A DNA stretch of 40,594 nucleotides from Octopus bimaculoides (taxonomy: Eukaryota), in assembly GCF_001194135.2 (NCBI RefSeq), contig NC_068985.1, positions 84,009,285 through 84,049,878 of the forward strand, read 5' to 3'. The notes under the pieces are model-generated. The model was not told the DNA's origin. It was given only the letters and a program-made list of their open reading frames with translations, and did no database searches. A program made the translations under genes and the position numbers. Shown here piece after piece: positions 11,341-22,310 of the stretch (its first letter is position 1; every line of letters starts with the position of its first letter).

Positions 11341-11757
11341 ATTCTTTTATTCTTTTACTTGTTTCAGTCATTTGACTGCAGCCATGCTGAAGCACTACCT
11401 TGAAGAATTTTAGTTAAACAAATCGACTCCAGAACTTATTGTTTAAGCCTAGTACTTATTCTATCGGTCTGTTTTACTGAACCATTAAGTTACAGGGACA
11501 CAAACACACCAACACCAGTTGTTGAGCGGTGATGGGAGGTAAACACAAAGACACAGACATATACAGATATATATATATATAGATAGATTCACGACAGGTT
11601 TCTTACAGTTTCTATCTACCAAATCCACTCACAAGGTTTTGGTCAGCCTAAGGCTATCGTAGAAGACATTTGCTGAAGGTGCCATGCAGTAGGACTGAAC
11701 CCGGAACCATGTGGTTCGGAAGCAAGCTTCTTACCACACAGCCATGCCCGCACCTAT
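11341..11757 (-). mobile_element. Near full-length tRNA-derived octopus OR-like SINE (family A)
   Basis: Minus strand reads head GGTGCGGGCATGGCTGTGTGGTAAGAAGC...GGTTCAGTCC, then GGCACCTTCAGCAAATGTCTTCTA, a central TA/TG tract, and tail CAGCATGGCTGCAGTCAAATGACTGAAACAAGTAAAAGAATAAAAGAAT. Homologous to 26518-26904. Confidence 0.85.
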
Positions 11758-11956
11758 ACATATAAATATATACACTTCTGTCACACGGGACCTTGAAGAC
11801 TGCTAGAAAGCAGGAAAGTATACTAGTCCTTAAATATTTAATATTCAATATTTCATTTATTCAATAAAACATTCAATAATTTTACTATATATATACTATA
11901 TATTCCATATTCTATATCCCACATTAATTTTATAAGAATATAAATANNNNNNNNNN

Positions 11957-11990
<34 letters not shown>

Positions 11991-12384
11991 AGGTGTGAGG
12001 ATTCAATAGCACCTAAGCACATCAACTTGTAGGATACCAGAAATGGCTTGGTGCATTAACGTAGAGTTTGCAGTGAGGTAAACAATAATGGAGGTATCAA
12101 ATATTGGTATGATACTGTAGATGTGTAAGTACTGAATTCAGTTTAAATCATAGCTCTCTGGCATTCGTTCCAGGTGTAGCACAGGTATAAAAGAAGAATA
12201 CAAATGTCATATGAAAGAACATATCAATAAAATTCTACTGAAACAGCTGTCATAAATTTAAAATCTCGTTGTGCTTTATTACTCTTTACTCTTTCTCTTT
12301 TCTCTTTATATTATTATTATATTTATATTATTATTATATTTATATTATTATTTTAATATCATTATTGTTTTAGTTGTGGACTGA

Positions 12385-12735
12385 GGTCAATGTTGTTTTA
12401 CCCCCTCCCCTGAAGTTGCTGGCCTGAAGCCAAAATTCGAAATCCTTATTACCATTAAGGTGGAAAGCTGGCAGAATGATTAGCATGACAGACAAAATGC
12501 TGTGAAGCATGTTGCTTGCTTTTAAACTCTGAGATCAAATTCCACCAAGGGTGACTTTGTTTTTCATCTTTTTGGGGTTGGTGAATAAGAGCGAGTTCAA
12601 TACTTGGGTCGATGTAATTGACTCTTCCCCTCCCTTAAATTTCAGCCCTTCTACCTATAGAAGAAAGGATTATTATTATCATTATTGCTATTATTATCAT
12701 TATGGCCTTGGGCTGAAAACTGAAACCATTATTAT
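12385..12735 (+). mobile_element. tRNA-derived SINE family B: tail fragment followed by a full copy
   Basis: AAGGTGGAAAGCTGGCAGAATG...GAGATCAAATTCC...GACTTTGTTTTCATC...GGGTCGATGTAAT...GAAACCATTATTATT; homologous to 15527-15750 and 34345-34509. Confidence 0.75.
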
Positions 12736-13229
12736 TATGAAAAACACTAAAGCCTTGTGAAATACAGTTGTCCAAGGTGTGCTGGCCAAAATATTAATCA
12801 GTTCTGTCATTTATCAAACTGGTAAAATCAATAAAGACAGTTTAGTTACAGTTTAGTTGATGCAATTGAATGAGCAGGCACATTCAGAAAAAGACAGAGA
12901 GAAATCAAGGGGAAATAAGTAAATGCATTGTAAATACCACTGGTACCCTATAAATATTAAATAATTACATAAACCAACACTGGAATGCATTATGACACAT
13001 CTGGTGGTTTATTCTTAATTCCAGCTAAGATGTATTTTGTAAAGTGGGAGCATGAAGAAAAAATCTCGCTTCCAATATTAATACTATTACTGGAGGTTTC
13101 CAAGTCTTTTAAAAGGTGTAGTTTCTCTCATGTGAGCTTATGGGACACCATTTTGACCTACTGATATGAAATTTGGTCATGCCAGTGTGTGTGTGTGTGC
13201 ACGTGTGTGTGTGTGCATGCGTGTCTGTC

Positions 13230-13268
<39 letters not shown>

Positions 13269-13507
13269 ATGACATCTGAAACAAGTGTCTTCTACTATAA
13301 TCTGAGATCAAGTACTTGGGATGGAAATTAATCAACAGAAACTTTATGGAAGCCTGTTGTGTATGTGTATTAGTTTTTTTATGTCTTCACAATGACACTG
13401 TTCAATGGTATATTTGTTTATATAACATATGTATAATATGTCTCAAACCTTACCAGTTTCTTTGGTGAAGACCTGTGGAATAACAATATCTTATTTGAAA
13501 AACTATT

Positions 13508-13610
13508 GAAGGCGGGCGACAGGAAGGGTATCCTGCTGTAGGATACTGCCTCAATAAGCCTCATCTAACTTATACTAGTATGGGCAAAGCCCTTGTAAAA
13601 ATGATGATGT
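13508..13610 (+). mobile_element. OK-like SINE tail fragment
   Basis: GGCGACAGGAAGGGTATCCTGCTGTAG...AAAATGATGATG. Confidence 0.55.
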
Positions 13611-13730
13611 GGATGTTAACCACATGGGGATAATGATGTTCATATCAATATGTGTGTGTATGTGCTATATAATAGGCACCCGGTATGCAGATGGACTGAT
13701 ATATGTGTGTGTATATATATAAATACATGC

Positions 13731-13899
13731 ATTCTTTTATTTGACTGTGGGCATGCTGGAGCATTGCCTTTAGTCGAATAAATCGACCCCAGGACTTATT
13801 CTTTCTAAGCCTAGCACTTATTTCATCGGTCTCTTTTGTCGAATTGCTAGGTTAGGAGGATCTAAACACACCAACATTGGTTGTCAAGCAATGGTGGGG

Positions 13900-13900
<1 letters not shown>
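13731..13900 (-). mobile_element. SINE family A, 3' half
   Basis: Reverse complement of the family A tail (GACTGTGGGCATGCTGGAGCA...TCGACCCCAGGACTTATTC...GGTTGTCAAGC). Confidence 0.8.
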
Positions 13901-13953
<53 letters not shown>

Positions 13954-13959
13954 GTATAT

Positions 13960-14479
13960 NNNNNNNNNNNNNNNNNNNNNNNNNNNNNNNNNNNNNNNNN
14001 NNNNNNNNNNNNNNNNNNNNNNNNNNNNNNNNNNNNNNNNNNNNNNNNNNNNNNNNNNNNNNNNNNNNNNNNNNNNNNNNNNNNNNNNNNNNNNNNNNNN
14101 NNNNNNNNNNNNNNNNNNNNNNNNNNNNNNNNNNNNNNNNNNNNNNNNNNNNNNNNNNNNNNNNNNNNNNNNNNNNNNNNNNNNNNNNNNNNNNNNNNNN
14201 NNNNNNNNNNNNNNNNNNNNNNNNNNNNNNNNNNNNNNNNNNNNNNNNNNNNNNNNNNNNNNNNNNNNNNNNNNNNNNNNNNNNNNNNNNNNNNNNNNNN
14301 NNNNNNNNNNNNNNNNNNNNNNNNNNNNNNNNNNNNNNNNNNNNNNNNNNNNNNNNNNNNNNNNNNNNNNNNNNNNNNNNNNNNNNNNNNNNNNNNNNNN
14401 NNNNNNNNNNNNNNNNNNNNNNNNNNNNNNNNNNNNNNNNNNNNNNNNNNNNNNNNNNNNNNNNNNNNNNNNNNNNNNN
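13960..14479. other. Assembly gap flanked by (CA)n/(TA)n
   Basis: N run. Confidence 0.99.
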
Positions 14480-14532
<53 letters not shown>

Positions 14533-14668
14533 CATATACACATAATATGCCTGTATACATGTGTGTGCATATATGTAAACTAACTGCAGACCAAAAACTA
14601 TTCTTTCGTTAATCATTTTTATACAAACACACTTACACACACAAATGTAAATGTCTATGCATGTATGA

Positions 14669-14704
<36 letters not shown>

Positions 14705-14933
14705 CTGTGTGTAGTAAAACAATAAAAGTACATATATCAATTCTTTTGTAGTTGCTTCACAGACAGACATGCATGCACACACACACACACAATCACACAT
14801 ACACACATGTATGTTTTTTATTGCATGTGAGTGTGAGTGTGTTTGTGTGCATTAGTGCAGCAGGCACGCATATTCACATATATTTCAATACATTATGTCA
14901 GTTCACTAATAAAAGATAGATAATACTTCATAG

Positions 14934-14992
<59 letters not shown>

Positions 14993-15438
14993 CACAAAAC
15001 CACACTGCTGACATATAATTCATTCATTTGTTATTGGTTTACTTCAAGATTAGATACACAGCAACATACTCACACTGTCGCATGCATGCACACACATGCA
15101 CATGCACACACACACACATACACATGTACTTTTACCTAGGTTTATTGCAGGCGCGCACACACACATGTCAGGGTTGGGGAAAGTCTCACTCCATATATCA
15201 TTTGACCTATATTAGGTTATTTTCATACAATGTTTTAAATATATATACAACTTACAAGCACACATAGACACACACACACACACACACATGCATTATATAT
15301 TTCTTTTATTTTAACTATATGCTTAGATATAATATATATTTTAAACATACATTATTTTATATGTACATATGTATGTGTGTGTATGCATGTGTGTACTTTT
15401 ATTGACATACACACATAGACATTTACATTTGTGTTTAC

Positions 15439-15500
<62 letters not shown>

Positions 15501-15526
15501 GCCATTTGTTATTACGATGCATATAT

Positions 15527-15746
15527 GAAGGCAGCAAGCTAGCAGAATTGTTAGTGCGTTGGATGAAATGCTTAGTGGTATTTCACCAGTCGTTATGCTC
15601 TGAGTTCAAATTTCACTGATGTTGACTTTGCCTTTCATCCGTCCAGGTTCAATAAATTAAGTACCAGTGAAACACTGGGGTCGATGTAATCAATTCGTCC
15701 CCTCCCTCAAAATGGCTAGCTTTGTGGTAAAATTTGAAACCATTAT

Positions 15747-15750
<4 letters not shown>
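15527..15750 (+). mobile_element. SINE family B, full copy
   Basis: GAAGGCAGCAAGCTAGCAGAATTGTTAG...GAGTTCAAATTTC...GACTTTGCCTTTCATCC...AAGTACCAG...GGGGTCGATGTAATC...GAAACCATTATT. Confidence 0.85.
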
Positions 15751-15782
<32 letters not shown>

Positions 15783-15959
15783 CTTAAACAAGAATGTTGT
15801 AAACAGTGACTTCGAAGTTTCAGCCAGCTAAACAATCATCTGAATTGAAGTCACTGCAGACAACATTTCTGTTTAAGAATAATGAATTTGTACTCAACTA
15901 AAATATAGAGAAACTCATCAGATTGATGTAAAATTGTTTTTATTATGCAGAATAATTAC

Positions 15960-16031
15960 CATGCCTGGCAAAATGCTTAGTGGCATTTCATCTGTCTTTA
16001 CGTTCTGAGTTCAAATTCCACTGACGCTGAC
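15960..16031 (+). mobile_element. SINE family B head fragment, fused to the maT remnant
   Basis: GGCAAAATGCTTAGTGGCATTTCATCTG...GAGTTCAAATTCCACTGACGCTGAC. Confidence 0.7.
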
Positions 16032-16699
16032 AGTTGCAGGAAATTCTGTATGCATAACACTTGGAACTTCCGAAGGGTCTGCACATAACCATCTGTCATT
16101 TCTTCTGTTTGATCTTGGTCAAAGTTTTTCTTGTTTGAGAAAACCAAATTAAATCTTCCTCTGCTGGATTTTTCAGTTTGTTTATGAGCCTTTAAGACCT
16201 GATGTAGTGATTTTCTTCAGCTTCTTCTGATAAATTGACCTTTCCTCATCATATAAGACTTATATCTTATGTTTTCATGGACAACATTTCTGATTGTTCC
16301 TTCTGACACATGGAGATCTTTTGCAATTGACCTCATGGACTTTCTGGTATTGGGATTGTAACCAATAGTCTGTTGAATTTGCTGGATAAATTCAGGTGTT
16401 CTGATGATTTCAGAGCATTTAGAATGCTTTTTATGCTTTGGATACTGGTGATATGTTTCCATCTTTAGTCTCTAGCCCCTTACAAATTTTGTAAATGAAA
16501 GATCTGACAACTTTTAAAAATCAAGATGTTTCTAAATCACTATGCTCAGCCTTTATAACCACAATAACAGCATGCCTTTTCCTTTCTTGAGTAAGCTGAG
16601 GGTCTGCCATCATTATTTTCTGAAACAAAGATTATACAGTGTTAGTGAAAGATGCAGCAATGACCCCAAAAAGTTATGTCCTCAAATACCTTATGCACC

Positions 16700-16702
<3 letters not shown>
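16029..16702 (-). mobile_element. Tc1/mariner maT (DD37D-like) transposon, 5' half with terminal repeat
   Basis: End CAGGGTG next to (TA)n at 16702. ORF 16217-16462 (RTPEFI...RKSMRSIAKDLHVSEGTIRNVVHENIRYKSY) is HTH-like. Further downstream, FDQDQ and NDRWLCADPSEVPSVMHTEFPATV correspond to the region at and after the first catalytic Asp. Confidence 0.85.
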
Positions 16703-16741
<39 letters not shown>

Positions 16742-17065
16742 NNNNNNNNNNNNNNNNNNNNNNNNNNNNNNNNNNNNNNNNNNNNNNNNNNNNNNNNNNN
16801 NNNNNNNNNNNNNNNNNNNNNNNNNNNNNNNNNNNNNNNNNNNNNNNNNNNNNNNNNNNNNNNNNNNNNNNNNNNNNNNNNNNNNNNNNNNNNNNNNNNN
16901 NNNNNNNNNNNNNNNNNNNNNNNNNNNNNNNNNNNNNNNNNNNNNNNNNNNNNNNNNNNNNNNNNNNNNNNNNNNNNNNNNNNNNNNNNNNNNNNNNNNN
17001 NNNNNNNNNNNNNNNNNNNNNNNNNNNNNNNNNNNNNNNNNNNNNNNNNNNNNNNNNNNNNNNNN
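16742..17065. other. Assembly gap flanked by (TA)n
   Basis: N run. Confidence 0.99.
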
Positions 17066-17116
17066 ATATATATAATCTTATGGCTAAGATCAAGGTCTAA
17101 TATCTACTCTTATCAG

Positions 17117-17165
<49 letters not shown>

Positions 17166-18412
17166 AATACATGCCAGCATGGAAAGCAGGCATTAAATGA
17201 TGATGATATATATATGTATACATATATAAATATATACGTATGCTGATGTGTGTGTACTTATAACATGCTCATATACACACCTGCTCAAATATGCACTCCC
17301 TCACCTGATCATGTGATACTATGATGTGCAACACCATGGTATGAACTGATGAAGGTTTGATTTGAAAGAGACACATTTATATGTAATCATTCATTCATTT
17401 TCATGTATCTCTTCAGCATACCTTTGCATTGTTGCTTACATAATCTTGATGTACACTGAGAAATGCATTTGGCTCCTGAATGGCTACAGAATTTGTTGGA
17501 TAGGTTCATCAAGTGACATTGAAGCACCTCAGCCGAATATACTTTCAGCCCTGTGTATTTTGCTTATCCATTTCATTGTCAGAGCAAACTTCATGGTCTA
17601 TTGTATGTGTCACTTTTTTCTTTTCCTGCTGCAGACACTCTTCATGAACAATATGATTCACTTTGAAACTGTCTTATATCTTGACTGTATTCTTTCCAGA
17701 TATTTACCTTTGTCATTTTACCTTAAAAAAAAGCTATTCTCATCTTCAAACTGATTTGCTTTGTTCTCCTTTCATTCTTGTTGGTAATAGAAATAAAAAA
17801 ATAAAATTATATTATCTATCTTTACCTATCAATATAATACCTCATTTATGTATTTATTTATCAATTAGTTAATCAGTCTATCTTTCTTTCTCTTTTCCTT
17901 TCTCTCACTCACCCTTCTCTCTCTCTCTCTCTCTATCTTTCTCTGTCTATCTATCTTTCTCTCTTTCTCTGTCTATCTATCTTTATCTATCTATCTACCT
18001 ATCTATCTATGTATCTATCACTCTATCAAGCAATTTATCTATCTGTCTTCCTATCTTTTTAACTATCTTTCCGTCTCTGTATCTATATATCATTCTGTTA
18101 ATGTATGGTTTTTCTATCTGTCATCTATTTGCTTGTCAATAAAGGTTTGAGTTTGGTTTCAATGAAGGAATAGTAAAAGTATATTTATAAGATTTTAAGC
18201 CTAATGAATAATGAACCCTGAAATTAGTTTCCAATAATTTTAGCTAGTAGTATTTCGTTCTCATGTCTTTAGATACCGGGAAATCGAAGCTATATTCTTT
18301 AAGTTATGTTCTTTATAGCTTGCTCTGTCAGTGGAACCAGCACTGAGGATGCTCACCAATTGCTTCATTACATTTCCAAACTAGTGCATGTGTGTGTGTC
18401 TATACTGTTATA

Positions 18413-19009
18413 TTGGGTTGTCCGGAAAATTTGTGCTGATTTTCCAAAAGGTTCTTCTCACTCAACTCATGTGGTACCCAAATACATCGTAGCGATTTGT
18501 GTACCCAAGCTTTACCAGGTGCTCATGAACGACAGATTTTGATAGGTTGAGGCTTTCTGCCAATTCTCGGGTTGTGCAATGTGGGTTATTCTCAATTAAT
18601 GACTTGATTTGGTCATCATCTGTAGTGGATGGTCTGCCTGATCGCTCTTTATGAATAAGGCTACAATCTCCAGATCGGAACTTTGCGAGCCATTTCCGTA
18701 CAGCTCTTTCGGATAAAGAAACATCACCGTAAACTGCACATATTTCTTTGGTTGCTTGTGAGGCATTTTTCCCTTTATGGAAAAAAAAAAGCATCAAGTT
18801 CTGAAAATGAACTTTGTTATCTTCCATTTTAAAGGGTTACAGAATTAACACAGGTTACAGGAACATAAACCTTCTTCCAAGAAAAGAGAGCTTAAACTGT
18901 GCTCTAAATGGAGGTGCAGTCAGATCCTATTTTATGTACTCAACCATGTTCTAAAATAAGTCTAAAGGTAAGCTACTATAAATTGGCACAAACTTTCCAG
19001 ACAACCCAA
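18413..19009 (-). mobile_element. Internally deleted mariner (DD34D) element with both TIRs and TA target duplication
   Basis: Left TA|TTGGGTTGTCCGGAAAATTTGTGCTGATTT and right AAATTGGCACAAACTTTCCAGACAACCCAA|TA. ORF 18462-18827 encodes the mariner N-terminal HTH domains (KGKNASQA...W..KFRSG...RSGRP...TTRELAE...HLVKLG); WVPHEL is present after a frameshift. Confidence 0.93.
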
Positions 19010-19377
19010 TATTATATTTCAATTGATGTTGAGTGTTTGTTACCTTTGAATTATGTTTAAAATTATATGAGAGATTAGATGTAACGCACATTGTAAGGTG
19101 TACTTGTTTGTCTTAAATAAATGATGGAGATGGTTTTAAAAATAGTAATTTTTTTTACCTTGATACATAGTTGCACATTGTTTCTTGTGGCAACTAATTG
19201 AATTTAGTTGAATTGACTATATTATATTTCTTATTCTGCATTCAGTACTGTTGTTGTCTTAACTTCAGGACAGTTGTGATGAAACAAATGTATGGTTAAA
19301 GATGTTTTAGTTATGGCCATCCCATCTTTTTATATCTCAGGGACTACATTGTTCTCTGTAAAGAGTAAAGAGGTAAA

Positions 19378-19680
19378 GACCCCCTTTGGTCATGAATAAC
19401 TATGGAATTGCACCTAGGAAGTTACTCTCTAAGGCACAAGTCTGGGCAATATTGTTTATGGAAGACCAGCAGTTGCCCATACATACCTCTATCTAAACCA
19501 CCGATGTTATCCAAGGGAAAGGCAAAGGCCGATACAGCTTGGCACCAGTGATGTTGCAATTCATTTCTACAGCTTGAAATGGAACAATGTGAAATAAAGT
19601 GTTTTGCTTAAGAAAGCAACACACATCCCAGTCCGGGAATCAAACTCATGACCTCATGATTGTGAGCTATGCACCTTATG
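19378..19680 (-). mobile_element. tRNA-derived SINE family C head with a distinct tail
   Basis: Minus strand: GAGTTTGATTCCCGGACTGGG...AAGCAAAACACTTTATTTCACATTG (shared with 25325 and 24750), then tail GGGCAACTGCTGGTCTTCCATAAAC...TCATGACCAAAGGGGGTC. Confidence 0.75.
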
Positions 19681-20065
19681 CGTATCCTTTATTTGAAATA
19701 ATTGTATGATTTAAGGGAAATTTGGCTGCTATTTTTAGCAGGTTCAATCACCACTTACAGACTTCTTGAGAAGTTTTTTTAATGTTGTTTGAAGATTTGA
19801 ACTCAAAATTTAATGAAGGAAATTGTAAAGCATTTAGTTCGATGCTTTCTTGTTTCTGCCAAAAATATTTTATAACAATTAATAAAATTTAAATGAAAAT
19901 AAATTATAATAGGAAAAATGATGGCAATCTGATATCTGAGACAAATATATGCTGAAGCTACTAAATAAGTTTTTATATTTACATATAAACCATATATATT
20001 GGAGTGTATATGTGTGTGCGTATATATAAGCAATGGGTGATAATATGTCACCAAGTCGTGCTTAA

Positions 20066-20270
20066 CCCTTTTGTTACCAACTGGCTGAAACCGGCTCTGG
20101 CTCTGAGTACAAATGTCTTGTTTTCATAAGTTTTGAATTAAAATCTTCCACAGTATATGTTCCTAACACTATCTGAATGATAACTAAGTTATTTTACCAA
20201 TTTCTTTGTTATATCTAATGTAATTGAAAGAAACACAGAGCATCTCAAAATAAATACAATGATGAAAAGG
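20066..20270. mobile_element. piggyBac-like MITE (TTAA-CCCTTT start), family P1
   Basis: TTAACCCTTTTGTTACC at left and degraded GATGAAAAGGTT at right. Related in opposite orientation to 33511-33704. Confidence 0.7.
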
Positions 20271-20296
20271 TTGGAGAGATTAGAGTCTCAGAATCT

Positions 20297-20811
20297 TATG
20301 AAGGACATAAACGAAATTCTTGCCACTAATGCTGAAACTAGTTTTGATTTAGGCAAATAAAACAACTGTTCTGCTTAGAATAGTTTTTTGTAGTAATTCT
20401 ATTTCAAACTGTCTAGGATAAAATATTGACCATATTTGTGGTAAAATAAATATACAGACTTTGTCTTGAAATATTTTAAATCTCTTGCTCTCATTTCTCT
20501 TCACTCCTCTTCTCTACCTATTTTAATGTCAAAATTCATTTTACAAGGAAACTCTATGAAAGACATAAACGAAATTCTTGCTACTAATGTTGAAACTAGT
20601 TTTGATTTAGGCAAATAAAACAACTCTTCTGCTTAGAATAATTTGCGTAGTTAGTTTGATTCAATATGTCTAGGGTAGAATATTAACCATATGTGTAGTA
20701 AAATAAATATACAGGCTTTGTCTTGAAATATTGTAAATCTTTTGCACTCTCTTCTCTCCTCTTTTCTACCTATCTCTCTTTCTTTTAATGTCAAAATTCA
20801 TTTTTATAAGG
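20297..20811 (+). repeat. Tandem duplication, two ~258-bp units
   Basis: TATGAAGGACATAAACGAAATTCTTGC at 20297 recurs at 20555; both units end TTTTAATGTCAAAATTCATTTT. Confidence 0.95.
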
Positions 20812-21087
20812 GACTTATGCATACATGCCCTTATATAGAATGTTATCAGTTGTGAAAAGTTGTCCCCTTGACTACTTTAGCTCCCTAAAAGAGGAAAGAA
20901 AACATCATTAAGGGTAAAAAAAAAAAAAAGAGAGAGAGAGAGAGAGAGAAATACAGTGAGCATTTGGAGATTTAAAGATACAATGTCCTGCCTGCTTTGA
21001 CAAATACACACATGGCTAAACATGAACAGAAGCATTAAATTCAAAATTCAAAATTATATTTGTAAAAAATAAAAATTATACTCAACA

Positions 21088-21113
21088 TAATAATAATAAT
21101 AATAATAATAATA

Positions 21114-21157
<44 letters not shown>
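21088..21157. repeat. Head-to-head (TAA)n/(TTA)n palindromic microsatellite
   Basis: Directly visible. Confidence 0.95.
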
Positions 21158-22189
21158 CATTTTATAAAATTTGAGACAAAATAATTTTTTGTAATATTTA
21201 TTTTGTTTGTTATTTTATATTTTCTTTCTTAGCTATTTACTTACTTAACGGTTATTCTGCCCTAATTTCTAAACATCCTCTATCTTATCTCTTGGTGATT
21301 TGCTTTCTCATTTTCTATCTGTCTCTTTTTCCTTTCCCTCCCCCTCTTCCAACATGGTAGTGTACGTGTGTATTTTACTACAATTAAACTGTCGACCATT
21401 CCAGTATTTTATCAAATATTGATTCAAAGAAATATTAAACTGGTCTTTCAAATTTATTTGACTCCAAGCGCTGTAGATTTAAAAACAAAAAAAAAATTTT
21501 TTAAAGACCAAAACAAATCCCTTCCTAAGGAACCATCCACCACCACCACCATACATGGTATTTTGCTTTATTTTCACTTTCATCTCCTAAATTTTGATGT
21601 CTGGAAACAAAGACCAAACATAACTAACCACCTCTTCCCTAAATAAGGGAAGTGAGAAGGTAGGGGAAGTGTCAAAAGAAACCAAACAATATTAAAATAA
21701 AACCCCCAAAATGTTTTCTTTTTGTTTTTTTTTTAAGACATCGCCAGTTTGTATCCCAAGTTTTTTTTTGTTTTTTTTTCTACATTAAAGTCAATTTATG
21801 TTTTCTTTCGAAGCTAAAAATAATTTAGCATTTAAAGACTGACTTAATATGGCTTTTTCATGGATGCACCTACATACACATTCTTACTTAGTAAAAAAAA
21901 AAACTATTATATTAAGGTTTTACTAAATGTGTGACTGACCCTTGATTGTAGTGTTTCCTTAAAAATTGTGTGGGTAGGGGGTAAGAAAATTCAGTTAATA
22001 ACTTCTTGGTGTAGGTTGGAGTGTAAAGGATGCCATTATAAATTAATAGTAATTGTGAATTTATTCCTACATCCACTCACTCTGGATGTTTGGAATGTCC
22101 GCTTCACACCATGTATTTTAGTTTATAGGTTCTTGGTTGCAATCTTGTTCGTAGTCCTTTCCTGTTCCTCACTCATTTTATATCATCAT

Positions 22190-22310
22190 CACTATCGTCA
22201 TCTTCATCATCAGCAGCATTATTATTATCACCACCACCATCATAAATGCATCATCATCGACACCACCACCATCAACAGCAACAGCATCATCATCATTACC
22301 ACCACCATAA
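22190..22310. repeat. Degenerate (CAT/CAC)n trinucleotide tract
   Basis: Directly visible; source of the His-rich ORFs. Confidence 0.9.

Noticed and set aside
17346-17422. Two CTGANGA...GAAA strings on opposite strands
   Set aside because: Stem II cannot form properly in either; consistent with chance in AT-rich DNA.
17362-17754. 130-aa hydrophobic ORF
   Set aside because: No ATG start, no recognisable domain, and composition typical of T-rich non-coding DNA.
21330-21960. Unique A/T-run-rich block resembling a 3' UTR
   Set aside because: No adjacent terminal coding exon could be identified; appearance alone is not evidence.
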